From a virus (lineage: Duplodnaviria > Caudoviricetes): a stretch of 64,000 nt of DNA. Made by a program: the position numbers and the translations under genes. Location of the stretch: positions 1,188-65,187 of the IMG/VR virus record IMGVR_UViG_3300031227_011455; one strand, 5' to 3'. The notes below the pieces were generated by a model, which made no database searches, was not told the DNA's origin, and worked only from the letters and a program-made list of their open reading frames with translations. Shown here in pieces: positions 37,327 through 47,383 of this stretch (its first letter is position 1; every line of letters begins with the position of its first letter).

Positions 37327-37633
37327 TAATTTTATTTATCCTTTCTTTTATTTTTGGAGCATTAAGATTTATTATTGTATCAGGAAAATCACAACCAACT
37401 CTTTTTATAATTACAGTATATTCCTTTTTTAAAATATAATCATATATTCCATCATGAAAATCATCTATTTCAAAATATTCAAAAGGAAAATTATAATTTG
37501 CACACATTCCAAATTTTTGCTCTCCATCTTCTTTTAATTTATCTAAGAAAATATTTAATTGTTTGCATGCATTATTATTTCCACAATTAATTTTTAAATC
37601 ATCTGGTATTAAAACTATATAACAACATGCCAT
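37310..37633 (-). CDS. Hypothetical protein (possibly a leader-family member with a decayed start)
   Basis: 107 aa; out-of-frame ATG AAA ATA AGA (MKIR) at 37659 just upstream. Confidence 0.55.
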   Translation of the reverse strand: MACCYIVLIPDDLKINCGNNNACKQLNIFLDKLKEDGEQKFGMCANYNFPFEYFEIDDFHDGIYDYILKKEYTVIIKRVGCDFPDTIINLNAPKIKERINKINENKK

Positions 37634-37636
37634 AAT

Positions 37637-37999
37637 TTAATTACCTTTCTTATTTTCATTTATTCCACCCGGTAATTTTTTAAAAACATTCCCTTCATTT
37701 TCCTCACCATAATATCCTGATAATGTTACATAATCACCATTGATTAAACAGTTACCTCCATATGTAATTCTTTCAATACCATTTACAATAAGTTTTAATC
37801 TTCCATAACCAACATCTGAATAAGCTATAACACCATTTTTATCATATTCTTTTATCCAAAGAACTGGTTTTCCTTGACTAACCCAATGATCACAATTATG
37901 ATCAAAATAAAAAGGAGATTCTTTAAATAACTTATAACTATTAAATGTTTCTTCTTTTAGATATTGCGGAAGCACTTCTTTTTGTGTTTCTTTTTTCAT
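37637..37999 (-). CDS. Hypothetical protein
   Basis: 120 aa ORF. Confidence 0.65.
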   Translation of the reverse strand: MKKETQKEVLPQYLKEETFNSYKLFKESPFYFDHNCDHWVSQGKPVLWIKEYDKNGVIAYSDVGYGRLKLIVNGIERITYGGNCLINGDYVTLSGYYGEENEGNVFKKLPGGINENKKGN

Positions 38000-38002
38000 T
38001 CT

Positions 38003-39433
38003 TCATTCATCCTTTAAAATATTTAAAACTTGTTCTTCTGACAATAAATTTTTCTTTCCATCTTTTTGAACAAACATATATTGTATTTGCCAATTTTTTG
38101 ATTTATAAAAATCTAACCTGTTGTAGAATGTTCTTTTAATATCTTTAATACCAATATCAACCATATCAATTATAAGTGGTTGTTTTTTTCCTTCTTTTGG
38201 TCTTAAAGATCTTCCTGTCATTTGTTTAACATTACTAATTGGACTAGACATAATTAAACAATCTTTATCCACGTAATCTACACCATCTCGAGATTTAATT
38301 GGTGTAGTAAATGTTAATTGATTTTCAATTTTATCTAGATTAGCACTACCGGTAAACATAGACTTATCATCGCATTTACAATTTTTATATAATAATTCTA
38401 ATAATTTAATTCGTTCACCAACAAAAATTATTCTTCTTCCTTCATTATAAAATTTTTTAATTAATCCATAACAAACAGACATAAATATTTTTGAATTTTT
38501 TAATATTTTTAAATATCTAGATTTTTGAAAATATCCATCCCAGTATATGTATCTATAACTCTTTGGTAGAAATCCAAAATCAAATAATACAATTGTTACT
38601 CTTCCATCCATTGTGCTAGATTTTCCTTCTGGAATGAATACTTCTCCAAGATGATATTGTATAATATCTGTGTTTCCATCCCATCTATAAGGTGTTGCTG
38701 AAAGTCCAAATGATATTTTACATGGTATATGAATAGAACACTCAGAAAATGTTGGAGCACCAATTGTGGTATGAACTTCATCTGCTATGAAAATTCCAAT
38801 ATTTGCATTATTTAATTCTGTTAAAAATTCTATTCTGTTTCTTTTTAGAATGGATGTAAAAGTTTGATCAGTACAAATGATAATTGATTTTTTTAAAGTT
38901 TCTTTAAAATTTTTTGATGTTAAAGTTCCAATTTCATCTTCGCTTATATCTGTGTATGATAAAAATCCTTGTTTTTTATCTGGTGTTCCAGGACCAGTCC
39001 ATTGTTGAACAAGGCTCCCTCTATGAACTAATATAAATGTTTTCTTTTTTAATTCTGAAACTGCATAAATACTAACCACAGTTTTTCCTGACCCAGGTTC
39101 AGCTTCAATAATACCATTTTTATTTGTTAGCATATAATTTACTATGTTTTTTTGTAACTCATCACGTAATTCAATATTATGATTAATATTTATATCTTGA
39201 CCATCATTAATTTTATCAACTATTTCATAATTATCAATATATTTTTCAATTGGAAAAAATCTGGGAATCTTTAATATATTTTTACCTTCTATATAATATT
39301 TATTTGTAATATAGATTGAAGTTTGATATTGTTTAGCATGTCTTGTTAGTTCATGTTTTATTAAATTGTAAAATTCCTGGTTTTCATAATCTCTTGGAAT
39401 GCAAATCCCTGAACTTTTAATTAGTTTTATCAT
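38003..39433 (-). CDS. Superfamily 2 DNA helicase (UvsW-like)
   Basis: GSGKT, DEVH, SAT, QMTGRSLR. Confidence 0.9.
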   Translation of the reverse strand: MIKLIKSSGICIPRDYENQEFYNLIKHELTRHAKQYQTSIYITNKYYIEGKNILKIPRFFPIEKYIDNYEIVDKINDGQDININHNIELRDELQKNIVNYMLTNKNGIIEAEPGSGKTVVSIYAVSELKKKTFILVHRGSLVQQWTGPGTPDKKQGFLSYTDISEDEIGTLTSKNFKETLKKSIIICTDQTFTSILKRNRIEFLTELNNANIGIFIADEVHTTIGAPTFSECSIHIPCKISFGLSATPYRWDGNTDIIQYHLGEVFIPEGKSSTMDGRVTIVLFDFGFLPKSYRYIYWDGYFQKSRYLKILKNSKIFMSVCYGLIKKFYNEGRRIIFVGERIKLLELLYKNCKCDDKSMFTGSANLDKIENQLTFTTPIKSRDGVDYVDKDCLIMSSPISNVKQMTGRSLRPKEGKKQPLIIDMVDIGIKDIKRTFYNRLDFYKSKNWQIQYMFVQKDGKKNLLSEEQVLNILKDE

Positions 39434-39444
39434 TTTAATGAACC

Positions 39445-40902
39445 TTATACAAAAAGTTTAATGTTAGAAGGAACTTCATATTGTTTTTGATTGTCAATTA
39501 AATCTTCAAATGTTAGAATTTGTATTTTATAGACATCTCCAATTTTTCCGTATCCGTTTGGTCCGTATGCTATCATATTCATATCTTTAGTTACTTGATT
39601 TGCAAAAGTTATATAAACACCAATATCATTTTTTCCGTTTCCAACTTCAGAACAAAATGCTTTAAAATGATTTAAATTTGAACCTTTAGTTACTTGAACT
39701 ATTCCTTTTTTATATTCATTATTAAATTTAAAAGTAAATCGTCCATCAATAGACCCATCATGAACTTTTTTGTCATTTCCAGTAACTCCATTTAAATAAT
39801 ACCTTATGGTAATTTCTTCTAATTCAAAAGTACTAACTGATTTACCAATTAAATTTTTTTCAACTAAATCTCTTAATTCTTTTGATGATTTAGGTATACC
39901 ATAAACATAAAAGTCTTTTTTTAAAACTTTCTTTTCTTGTAATAGTCTTTCAATTGTAATTTGTAAAGCTCTTGTATTTAAATCAGTACCTATAAATTTT
40001 CTACTAGATTTAACAGATTCAATAATTGTTGTTCCACCACCCATAAAGAAGTCAGCAATTAAATCTCCAGTATTTGAACCTGTCAAGATAATTCTTTCTA
40101 ACAATTTCCTGGGTTTTTGAGTTGGATATAATCTTTCTGACGCCATAGCATTTATTGTAGGGATATCTGTCCAGACATCTCTCATATTAGCATAATCTAA
40201 ATATTCTTTAGTTCCATCTGGATATTTTGGATTTGTTCCAGGTCTAAAATGATAAGTATATTTTCCTTTATCATCTTCAAATATTTCATTCCCTTTGTAT
40301 ATTGCTTGATTAATTGAATTTGTTTCTTTTCTTTCTCTTTGGGGATTATATGTATATCTATTAGTTTTTGAATAAAATAAAATTACATCATGTTTTGATG
40401 CAAAAGCTCTGTTTCCAATACCTCCTGTTTTATAAGACCAAATTATTTCATTTCTAAAATTATTACTTCCAAAAATATAATCTAAAATAATCTTAATATA
40501 ATGACTCATAGTTGGGTCACAATGATAGAAAAATGTTCCTGAATCTTTTAAAGTTTCTCTCATAAGTGAACACCGAATAGACATCATTGTAAGATAACAG
40601 ATGTAAGATTTTAAAATATTAGATTTTTCCAATGAATATAAAAAACTATATAAATTAAAATTTTCATTTTTTAAATATTCTAATTCATCATAATATGCAT
40701 AAACAGACCAAATATCATTAAATGCTTCTTCAGATGTTTGACTATCATTTTTAAAAGGAATATTATAAGTCCTATTACTATTAAATGGAGGATCAATATA
40801 AATTAAATCTATAAAGTTATTTTTTCCTACTTGTTTGCATCCACTTAAATAATTTAAATTATCAGCCAAAATTATAGAATTTGATTGTCCAAACATTTCC
40901 AT
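39445..40902 (-). CDS. Beta-class amino-DNA methyltransferase fused to an Mrr-like endonuclease domain
   Basis: YIDPPF precedes DFFMGGGT; YPTQKP; C-terminal DGSIDG...IVQVTKG. Confidence 0.88.
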   Translation of the reverse strand: MEMFGQSNSIILADNLNYLSGCKQVGKNNFIDLIYIDPPFNSNRTYNIPFKNDSQTSEEAFNDIWSVYAYYDELEYLKNENFNLYSFLYSLEKSNILKSYICYLTMMSIRCSLMRETLKDSGTFFYHCDPTMSHYIKIILDYIFGSNNFRNEIIWSYKTGGIGNRAFASKHDVILFYSKTNRYTYNPQRERKETNSINQAIYKGNEIFEDDKGKYTYHFRPGTNPKYPDGTKEYLDYANMRDVWTDIPTINAMASERLYPTQKPRKLLERIILTGSNTGDLIADFFMGGGTTIIESVKSSRKFIGTDLNTRALQITIERLLQEKKVLKKDFYVYGIPKSSKELRDLVEKNLIGKSVSTFELEEITIRYYLNGVTGNDKKVHDGSIDGRFTFKFNNEYKKGIVQVTKGSNLNHFKAFCSEVGNGKNDIGVYITFANQVTKDMNMIAYGPNGYGKIGDVYKIQILTFEDLIDNQKQYEVPSNIKLFV

Positions 40903-40926
40903 ATTAACTCCTTTAAAATTTTATTT

Positions 40927-41343
40927 TTAATCTTTCTTATATGTTGATTTCGATGTACTTGTTTCCCATATACTAACAGAATCAATAAATATAGTATGAT
41001 CATATGTAATTGCTAAAACATCTGCAAGTTTAAAATATAAAAATCTGCAAAGAACTTCAGAAGTAGGATCAGAATCAAAAGAATGTATTTCACAATCCAA
41101 ATCTTTAATTTTTTCTTTATCACATTTATTTATAAACATACCATGATCCCAACTATCAATTTGACTATTTACAAGTTCTTTTAGTTCTGAAAAATCAATA
41201 ACCATATCATTTTCATTTAAAAAATTGGATCTAACTGTAACTTCAATTGATAGATTATGTCCATGCCATAAAAAACACCTGTTTAAATTTTTACTCAGAC
41301 GGTGAGAAATTGGAACTTCAAAAATTTTTGTTAAATAAAACAT
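40927..41343 (-). CDS. queD: 6-carboxy-5,6,7,8-tetrahydropterin synthase (QueD/PTPS)
   Basis: SHRL...C...HGHN, DFSELK, WDH, PTSE, WET. Confidence 0.9.
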   Translation of the reverse strand: MFYLTKIFEVPISHRLSKNLNRCFLWHGHNLSIEVTVRSNFLNENDMVIDFSELKELVNSQIDSWDHGMFINKCDKEKIKDLDCEIHSFDSDPTSEVLCRFLYFKLADVLAITYDHTIFIDSVSIWETSTSKSTYKKD

Positions 41344-41354
41344 TTTCTCTCCTT

Positions 41355-42671
41355 TTATATACCATGATATTGTTCTAATACAAAATCACCAATATTTTTA
41401 ATATTATTTTTTATTGTTTCTAACTTTTCATTTAATTCATTAAAATCTGCTTTATAAGTTAAAAGTTTTGTTATTCTATATTTTTGAAGAAGATCTTTAA
41501 TTTTTTCTTTATCTTCATTAATTTCAATACTAATTTCTTCAACAATTTTATCAACTTCTATTATTTCTTTGTTTTTTAAATATTTAATAAGTGGTTTCTT
41601 TAATTTTTCTAAAAGTTTATGTTCTAAAATTGATAAATTTATTTTAATTTCATTTTCTTTTAACATTCTCATATTTACATTTAAATACATTTTAAACGTA
41701 TTAACTAACATTTCATCAACTGATGTAGTCTTTACATTTTTTATTTCGCTATCAAATACATTTATTTCAAATGAAACTGTGCTTGTCAATACACTTTCTA
41801 ATTTTTTAATAAAAGTTTTAAATATCTCATCTCTATTTCTTTGTTTTAATACCTCAAAAACTATATGAGTTCCGCCATTATCAGAAGATGATTCATCAAT
41901 CCATCCAATATCTTGATTTGATAATTCTTTTTGAAATTTTCCAAGTATTGATTGGAAACTTCTCCCTGGCGGAAATGATTTTATTGCTACCTTACATTTA
42001 AGATTACTTATTTTATAAATTCCCTGAAATATAATACTACCTTTTCCAGTTGTTAATAAATTTTCTAAATCGTCATCTTTAGATAATATTTTACAATTTG
42101 TCACAGGTTTAATAATTGGTCTCTCTTTTTCCTTACCTAATAAAAATAATAATCTTTTTTTAAGATCATCCAAACTATAACATGGAATTAATGTTTTAAA
42201 AGCAAATCCAATCCCTTCTGTAAATTTCTCACCTAGAAGACAAAATGGAAACATTGTTGGTAGAAAATCTGGCTCATCATCTAATTCTGATTCTTTCCAA
42301 TCAACATAATTAATTAGTCTTAACGCCATATTTAAAGTTTTTTTTGACAGTTTACATTCTGTATATCTTTCTGCTGCTGCAGGACTAGACTCAATCCCTA
42401 TGTTATTTCCAAAATTTCCTTGACCATCTAAAAACCCTTGTTTAACTAATTGAACTATAGTTCCATATGATGTAGCATGAGGATGAAATGATCCTATATT
42501 ATTACCATCTACTCTAGCGCACTTTACAAATTTATCTCTCGCAGTAGTGTTTGTTGTTAATAAAACCCTTCTCTCAACTGGTTTTAAACCATCCATAAAA
42601 TTTGGTAATGCTCTAGAACTATTAACATATAACCCATAATCTTTATAAAATTTTGGTACTAATGTATCCAA
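41355..42671 (-). CDS. gyrA: Type IIA DNA topoisomerase subunit A (short, no C-terminal pinwheel)
   Basis: RALP...DGLKPVERR, FHPH, GQGNFG, catalytic AAERYT. Confidence 0.9.
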   Translation of the reverse strand: MDTLVPKFYKDYGLYVNSSRALPNFMDGLKPVERRVLLTTNTTARDKFVKCARVDGNNIGSFHPHATSYGTIVQLVKQGFLDGQGNFGNNIGIESSPAAAERYTECKLSKKTLNMALRLINYVDWKESELDDEPDFLPTMFPFCLLGEKFTEGIGFAFKTLIPCYSLDDLKKRLLFLLGKEKERPIIKPVTNCKILSKDDDLENLLTTGKGSIIFQGIYKISNLKCKVAIKSFPPGRSFQSILGKFQKELSNQDIGWIDESSSDNGGTHIVFEVLKQRNRDEIFKTFIKKLESVLTSTVSFEINVFDSEIKNVKTTSVDEMLVNTFKMYLNVNMRMLKENEIKINLSILEHKLLEKLKKPLIKYLKNKEIIEVDKIVEEISIEINEDKEKIKDLLQKYRITKLLTYKADFNELNEKLETIKNNIKNIGDFVLEQYHGI

Positions 42672-42711
42672 TACTAAATCCCTCCTATTTCTGTCAAATT
42701 TAGTTTTCTAA

Positions 42712-42969
42712 TCATACAACATCTCCATTTTCAATAATCTTTCTATCTTCATATGGAGCAGTTTTTCTTCTATAAAACTCTAATTTTGAATCTTCCATAG
42801 AAGAAGTTATCATAGATAAATATTCATAACTTGTTCCTATAATATGTAAGAATAAACATCCTAATTTATAAATGCAATATGTTAATTCACCTTTAGTTTG
42901 TATATTAAATGATATTTTTAATAAATCTTTATCAAAAACTTTTCTTCTTTCTTCTTTAATATATGGCAT
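42712..42969 (-). CDS. Conserved phage protein (MPYIK / DUF6899-like)
   Basis: MPYIK...GELTY...LEFYRR..APYED.KI.ENGDV. Confidence 0.7.
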   Translation of the reverse strand: MPYIKEERRKVFDKDLLKISFNIQTKGELTYCIYKLGCLFLHIIGTSYEYLSMITSSMEDSKLEFYRRKTAPYEDRKIIENGDVV

Positions 42970-42981
42970 ATTGTTCCTCTT

Positions 42982-44799
42982 CTATAAATCACTTTTTAAT
43001 AACTCTCTTTTCTTTGCAACATTTGTAAATAATTCATAAATTTTGGTTATATCTTTTGAATATTCAACTTTTACTAATTGTCTAGTTTTCTCATCTAAAC
43101 AACAAATTTTTAGCTGCCAAGGATTCAGTTCTCCCAACCCCTTCATTCTTAATATTGGTTCTTCATTATTTCTTGCATTAGTTAATTCTTCACTTGTCCA
43201 TAATGGAATAAATGTTTTTCCTTTATTGATGGCATATAGAGGTACAATTGATAAATAAAAATGACCTTGTTTAATTATTTCTGGAACTAAACTAGCTAAT
43301 GCAATTGTCATTAAACAAAAGATGTGTCCGCCATCAGCATCCGCGTCAGTTGTGCATATAACTTTATCATATTTTAACTTTGAAATATCAAATTCTGGAC
43401 CAACACCTGTTCCTAAAGATTCAATTAATTCATGTATTTCCTTATTTTTTAAAATATCATTTTTATTTAATACTGAAGGAATTTTACCTTTTAATGGAAG
43501 AACAGCATGTATTTTTGCATTTCTCGCCTCTACAAAACCTCCACCTGCACTATCTCCTTCAACAACATATAACTCACCATTAGCTCCAGTACAATCTCTA
43601 AGTTTTGTAAATTTTGTTGAAGCTCTTTTTCCATTTATAGCGCTCTTTATCTTTTTAGAATCCAATCTTTTTCTATATTCATCAAAGAAACTTAAAATAT
43701 CATTTAAACTTTCCTGATTTTTTATAAAATATTTTTCTAATTCTAATCTTAGTTTATTTAAAATTTTAGAAAACATACTTTTTTTATTAATTAACTTATC
43801 TTTACTTTGAGATGAATAATCTGGTTTTTCTAGTTCAAGAGTAAAAAATATTCTTAAACCGGATAAACAATCATTTGGTTGAAATTTAAAATTAGATTTT
43901 TTTGATTTTGAAGTAAAGAATTCTTTTAGTATATCATAAAAACAATTTACATGTGTTCCACCATCATCAACTGGTAATAAATTTATAGATGAAATAACTT
44001 TTGGAGCTATAGAACCATTAAATGAATAACAAAATCTTACATTGAATTTTTCAATTCTATCAATTGCAGATACATCAACAGGTAAAGAAATAGAATCATC
44101 ATTACCATTAAGACAATATTTAGAAAAGAATTCATCTTTAGATAATTTAATTACCTCTTTTTTTGAATCAATATTTAAAACCAAAGTTGAATCTGGTATC
44201 TCAACAGAAGCAATAATTAATCTTTTTCTTATTCTATTTATATCAGGAAGTAATATTTCAAATATTTTTTTATTTGGTTTAAACTGTATCTTTGTTGAAA
44301 ATGGTTTTTCCCCTTCAAATTCTTCAATGATTTTTTCTTTTAGTTTAGCATTCTCAAAAACATATTTTGCATGTTTTTTATCTCGATAAATCTCAACTAT
44401 ATAAAAATCTGATAAAGCAAGAATTGTTATAAGACCTACACCATTTTTTCCGGCAACTATATTATAAGCAGTTTTACTACTATTAAATTTTGCGCCAGTA
44501 AATAATTTTGTTGATATTAAAATAGGAGTATCATTTTCAATTGGAATACCTCTACCATTGTCAATAATACAACATATATTAGTTTTTGTATCAATATTTA
44601 CAGCAATAATATTTGCATAACCAGAAATTGCTTCGTCTAGTGCATTGTCTAATGCTTCTTCTATTAAATGAACTGGATTATCAGTTGAGCCAATATACAT
44701 ACCGGGATTTTCTTGTACATGTTCAATTTCAGTTAAGCTTTTTATATCTTTATGAGTATATGATTTTGACATTTTACTCCTTATTTTTATTTTCCCCAA
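42982..44799 (-). CDS. gyrB: Type IIA DNA topoisomerase subunit B
   Basis: PGMYIG, DNALDE, DNGRGIP, GKNGVG, EGDSAGG, PLKGK, DADADG, KGLGE. Confidence 0.93.
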   Translation of the reverse strand: MGKIKIRSKMSKSYTHKDIKSLTEIEHVQENPGMYIGSTDNPVHLIEEALDNALDEAISGYANIIAVNIDTKTNICCIIDNGRGIPIENDTPILISTKLFTGAKFNSSKTAYNIVAGKNGVGLITILALSDFYIVEIYRDKKHAKYVFENAKLKEKIIEEFEGEKPFSTKIQFKPNKKIFEILLPDINRIRKRLIIASVEIPDSTLVLNIDSKKEVIKLSKDEFFSKYCLNGNDDSISLPVDVSAIDRIEKFNVRFCYSFNGSIAPKVISSINLLPVDDGGTHVNCFYDILKEFFTSKSKKSNFKFQPNDCLSGLRIFFTLELEKPDYSSQSKDKLINKKSMFSKILNKLRLELEKYFIKNQESLNDILSFFDEYRKRLDSKKIKSAINGKRASTKFTKLRDCTGANGELYVVEGDSAGGGFVEARNAKIHAVLPLKGKIPSVLNKNDILKNKEIHELIESLGTGVGPEFDISKLKYDKVICTTDADADGGHIFCLMTIALASLVPEIIKQGHFYLSIVPLYAINKGKTFIPLWTSEELTNARNNEEPILRMKGLGELNPWQLKICCLDEKTRQLVKVEYSKDITKIYELFTNVAKKRELLKSDL

Positions 44800-44828
44800 T
44801 TTTTACCAATGATCAAAAATTATTTATC

Positions 44829-45098
44829 TTAAATCTTTACCATTTTTAAAATATGTTTAATTTCAAATCTATTTTCTATAATTTCTTGTATTATATTTTG
44901 ATCCAGTATATTTGAAAGACTGTCTTTTAAAAATTCTACTTGCTCTGCAATTTTTCTATTTTTAAGTTCTTCTCTTTGTCTATTTCTTATGCTTCTTCGA
45001 ATACTCGTCATATGATTCACAGCTTCTGGTCCACTTGAAAATTCTAGATTATCAGTTGTTTTATAAAGTCTTCTTATACCCATATCAATCATTCTCAT
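44829..45098 (-). CDS. Hypothetical protein
   Basis: 89 aa; GAGG SD. Confidence 0.65.
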   Translation of the reverse strand: MRMIDMGIRRLYKTTDNLEFSSGPEAVNHMTSIRRSIRNRQREELKNRKIAEQVEFLKDSLSNILDQNIIQEIIENRFEIKHILKMVKI

Positions 45099-45516
45099 TT
45101 TTATTCTCCTCTATTTTTTCTATCTGTTCAACAATATTATAAATCTCATCTTTAGAAATAATAGATAAAGACTCGCTTTCAGGAGCATTATCTATTTCTT
45201 TAATAATCAAACCATTATTTGTTGATTTTATTACATCAATAATTACTGATATTACTTGCATAACAGATCCTCCGCAACACCCAATTGCATCAATTTCATT
45301 AGATTGTTTTAAATCAACAAATATATTTTTTATTTCTTTTTCTATTTCTAAATCAGATGGTGGGGTATCATTACCAAATATTTCAAATGATTGTTTTTTA
45401 TCATTATCATTTAATATCAATTCTATTACACTTTTTTCTAATTTATCAAAATCTAATATAAAAATAATAAATGATGTACTAGAACTATTTGTTACAAAAT
45501 CTGTTTTGATTTTCAT
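45085..45516 (-). CDS. MKIKxDFVTNSSS-leader family protein
   Basis: N-terminus MKIKTDFVTNSSSTSF. Confidence 0.75.
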   Translation of the reverse strand: MKIKTDFVTNSSSTSFIIFILDFDKLEKSVIELILNDNDKKQSFEIFGNDTPPSDLEIEKEIKNIFVDLKQSNEIDAIGCCGGSVMQVISVIIDVIKSTNNGLIIKEIDNAPESESLSIISKDEIYNIVEQIEKIEENKNEND

Positions 45517-45525
45517 TAGTTAAAC

Positions 45526-45936
45526 CTATATTTTTGGATTGCATTCTGTAAACCATTTTTTTGGAACCTTTATTTTTCCATTTTTTAAAAATAATTTTTT
45601 TTGTTTTATCATAATATTATGTAATCTTCCAGAATTACCCAGAAATCTCCAACCTGCTCCAGCAAATTTCCAATCTCCACCATCCCATCCATCTCCATTC
45701 CATTCTAAAATTTTTTGAACATAATGTAATTTTAATGTTTTGGATGGATTTTTTACTTTATATTCAGGGTTATATTCAAATTCACCTTCTATCATTTTTA
45801 TCATATCAATTGTAGATAAATCATTTCCATATTTTGTAATCTTTTTAATTTCACCATTTAATAAAAAAGTAACATCTGATTGAATTATATAACTTGTTGA
45901 ACTAGAATTTGTTACAAAATCTGTTTTAATTTTCAT
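45526..45936 (-). CDS. MKIKxDFVTNSSS-leader family protein
   Basis: N-terminus MKIKTDFVTNSSSTSY; WNGDGWDGGDW. Confidence 0.75.
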   Translation of the reverse strand: MKIKTDFVTNSSSTSYIIQSDVTFLLNGEIKKITKYGNDLSTIDMIKMIEGEFEYNPEYKVKNPSKTLKLHYVQKILEWNGDGWDGGDWKFAGAGWRFLGNSGRLHNIMIKQKKLFLKNGKIKVPKKWFTECNPKI

Positions 45937-46112
45937 GTTTCACCACCACCAATAATTTCTCTATTTTTATTAATTTCTCGGTTATTTCTTCTTTAATTTT
46001 TTGTATCTTTTCAATTCCAAAAACAGTTAATTTATATTTTTTAACAAATTCCAACATTTGCTTCATCAAAATATACTTTTTTTCCAAACTTTGATTTAAA
46101 TTCTTTCTTCAT
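45926..46112 (-). pseudogene. Small gene interrupted by a one-base frameshift in an A7 run
   Basis: ATGA-overlap start at 46112; the span to the TAA at 45926 is 3n+1; removing one A at 46077-46083 gives a 61-aa ORF that fills the gap. Confidence 0.45.
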
Positions 46113-47383
46113 TCTGGTAACCTCACTATATATCCTGTTCTATCAATTACTTTACTTGTTCCTGCTTTTGTTAGAACATATATAATTTTCTTTGGTAATA
46201 ATGTTCTATTAATTTCATTAATATTATCACATTCTCCATCTGTGAAAACTAACGTTACATCGGTATTTAATTCTTTACATCTAGATAAAGCAGGAAATAT
46301 TTTAGTTCCACCTCTTCCACTTATAGAAAAATCTATATCTTTTAATCTTTTAACTTCATATTCTTTGTGAATGATTACATCGCATTCAATAACTATAGTT
46401 TTACAATATTTATCATTTTCAATAATATTCTTTACTCCAGATAAACCTTCTAATATTTGTTCTTTAGACATACTTCCAGAAGTATCAAGAATAATAGTAA
46501 TATTAAAAGAAAAATCTTTAGTTTTTCCAGGAAAGGGTGAAATCATAGGTAAATTTTTATCACCAATAAAAAATGTATAAACTCTCTTTTTATTAATTCT
46601 TGTATATGCTCTTTTTTGCTTTGAAAGTCTAGAACCTTTTACTAGTTTTTTTATTAATTGATAATAAGGTATTTGAGGAGGTTTTAAAATTTCATCAATT
46701 TTTTCTACAATATAATTTGGTAGATTTCCTTTTCTTAATACATTATTAAAAGATTCTTCTAATATAGATTCTGTATATTGTTGTAACCTACTAGCTAAGG
46801 ATCCAATATCTGAAACATTTGAATTATTTTTAGTCCAACTACCATGATCATCAATATCTTTTGATCCGCTTTTTTTTTGATCATTTGAATCTGGAATATT
46901 TAAATAATAAAACTCAGCTGTTTTTTTATGAGGTAAATCATAATAATCTGGATGAACAATTTCAAATAAATCATCACCTAATACATAAGACTTTTTAATA
47001 TTTATTAAGGTATTTACTGCACAATCAGCAGCGAAATTCCATTTATCTATTTTTTTTGACTTTGATTCTTTATTAACTTCATTTGATATTATTCTCAATA
47101 ATCTTGGTATATGATTATTTAAAATATGAATACCTTCATGTTCTATAATTATTTTTAAAAATTCATCATCTGCTAAATCAATAAACAACGGATTATACAA
47201 AAGAGTTATTGTTCCATCTATTTCAGGAGAAACACCCATTAAAGATTGTAATGTTAAATCTTCTTTTCTATTTATTTTTGAAAATAAATAACCCCAATAA
47301 TTATCTTGAAAAATTAATTGTGTTATTAATTCTTTTATTCTTTCTGAAGATTTTTGTTTATCCATTTCCTGTAGCCCTACCAC
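46109..47383 (-). CDS. Metallopeptidase-vWA protein (DUF2201-like)
   Basis: HEGIH, NFAADCAVN, DDHGSW, LDTSGSM, GRGGT, FTDG. Confidence 0.85.
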   Translation of the reverse strand: MVGLQEMDKQKSSERIKELITQLIFQDNYWGYLFSKINRKEDLTLQSLMGVSPEIDGTITLLYNPLFIDLADDEFLKIIIEHEGIHILNNHIPRLLRIISNEVNKESKSKKIDKWNFAADCAVNTLINIKKSYVLGDDLFEIVHPDYYDLPHKKTAEFYYLNIPDSNDQKKSGSKDIDDHGSWTKNNSNVSDIGSLASRLQQYTESILEESFNNVLRKGNLPNYIVEKIDEILKPPQIPYYQLIKKLVKGSRLSKQKRAYTRINKKRVYTFFIGDKNLPMISPFPGKTKDFSFNITIILDTSGSMSKEQILEGLSGVKNIIENDKYCKTIVIECDVIIHKEYEVKRLKDIDFSISGRGGTKIFPALSRCKELNTDVTLVFTDGECDNINEINRTLLPKKIIYVLTKAGTSKVIDRTGYIVRLPE

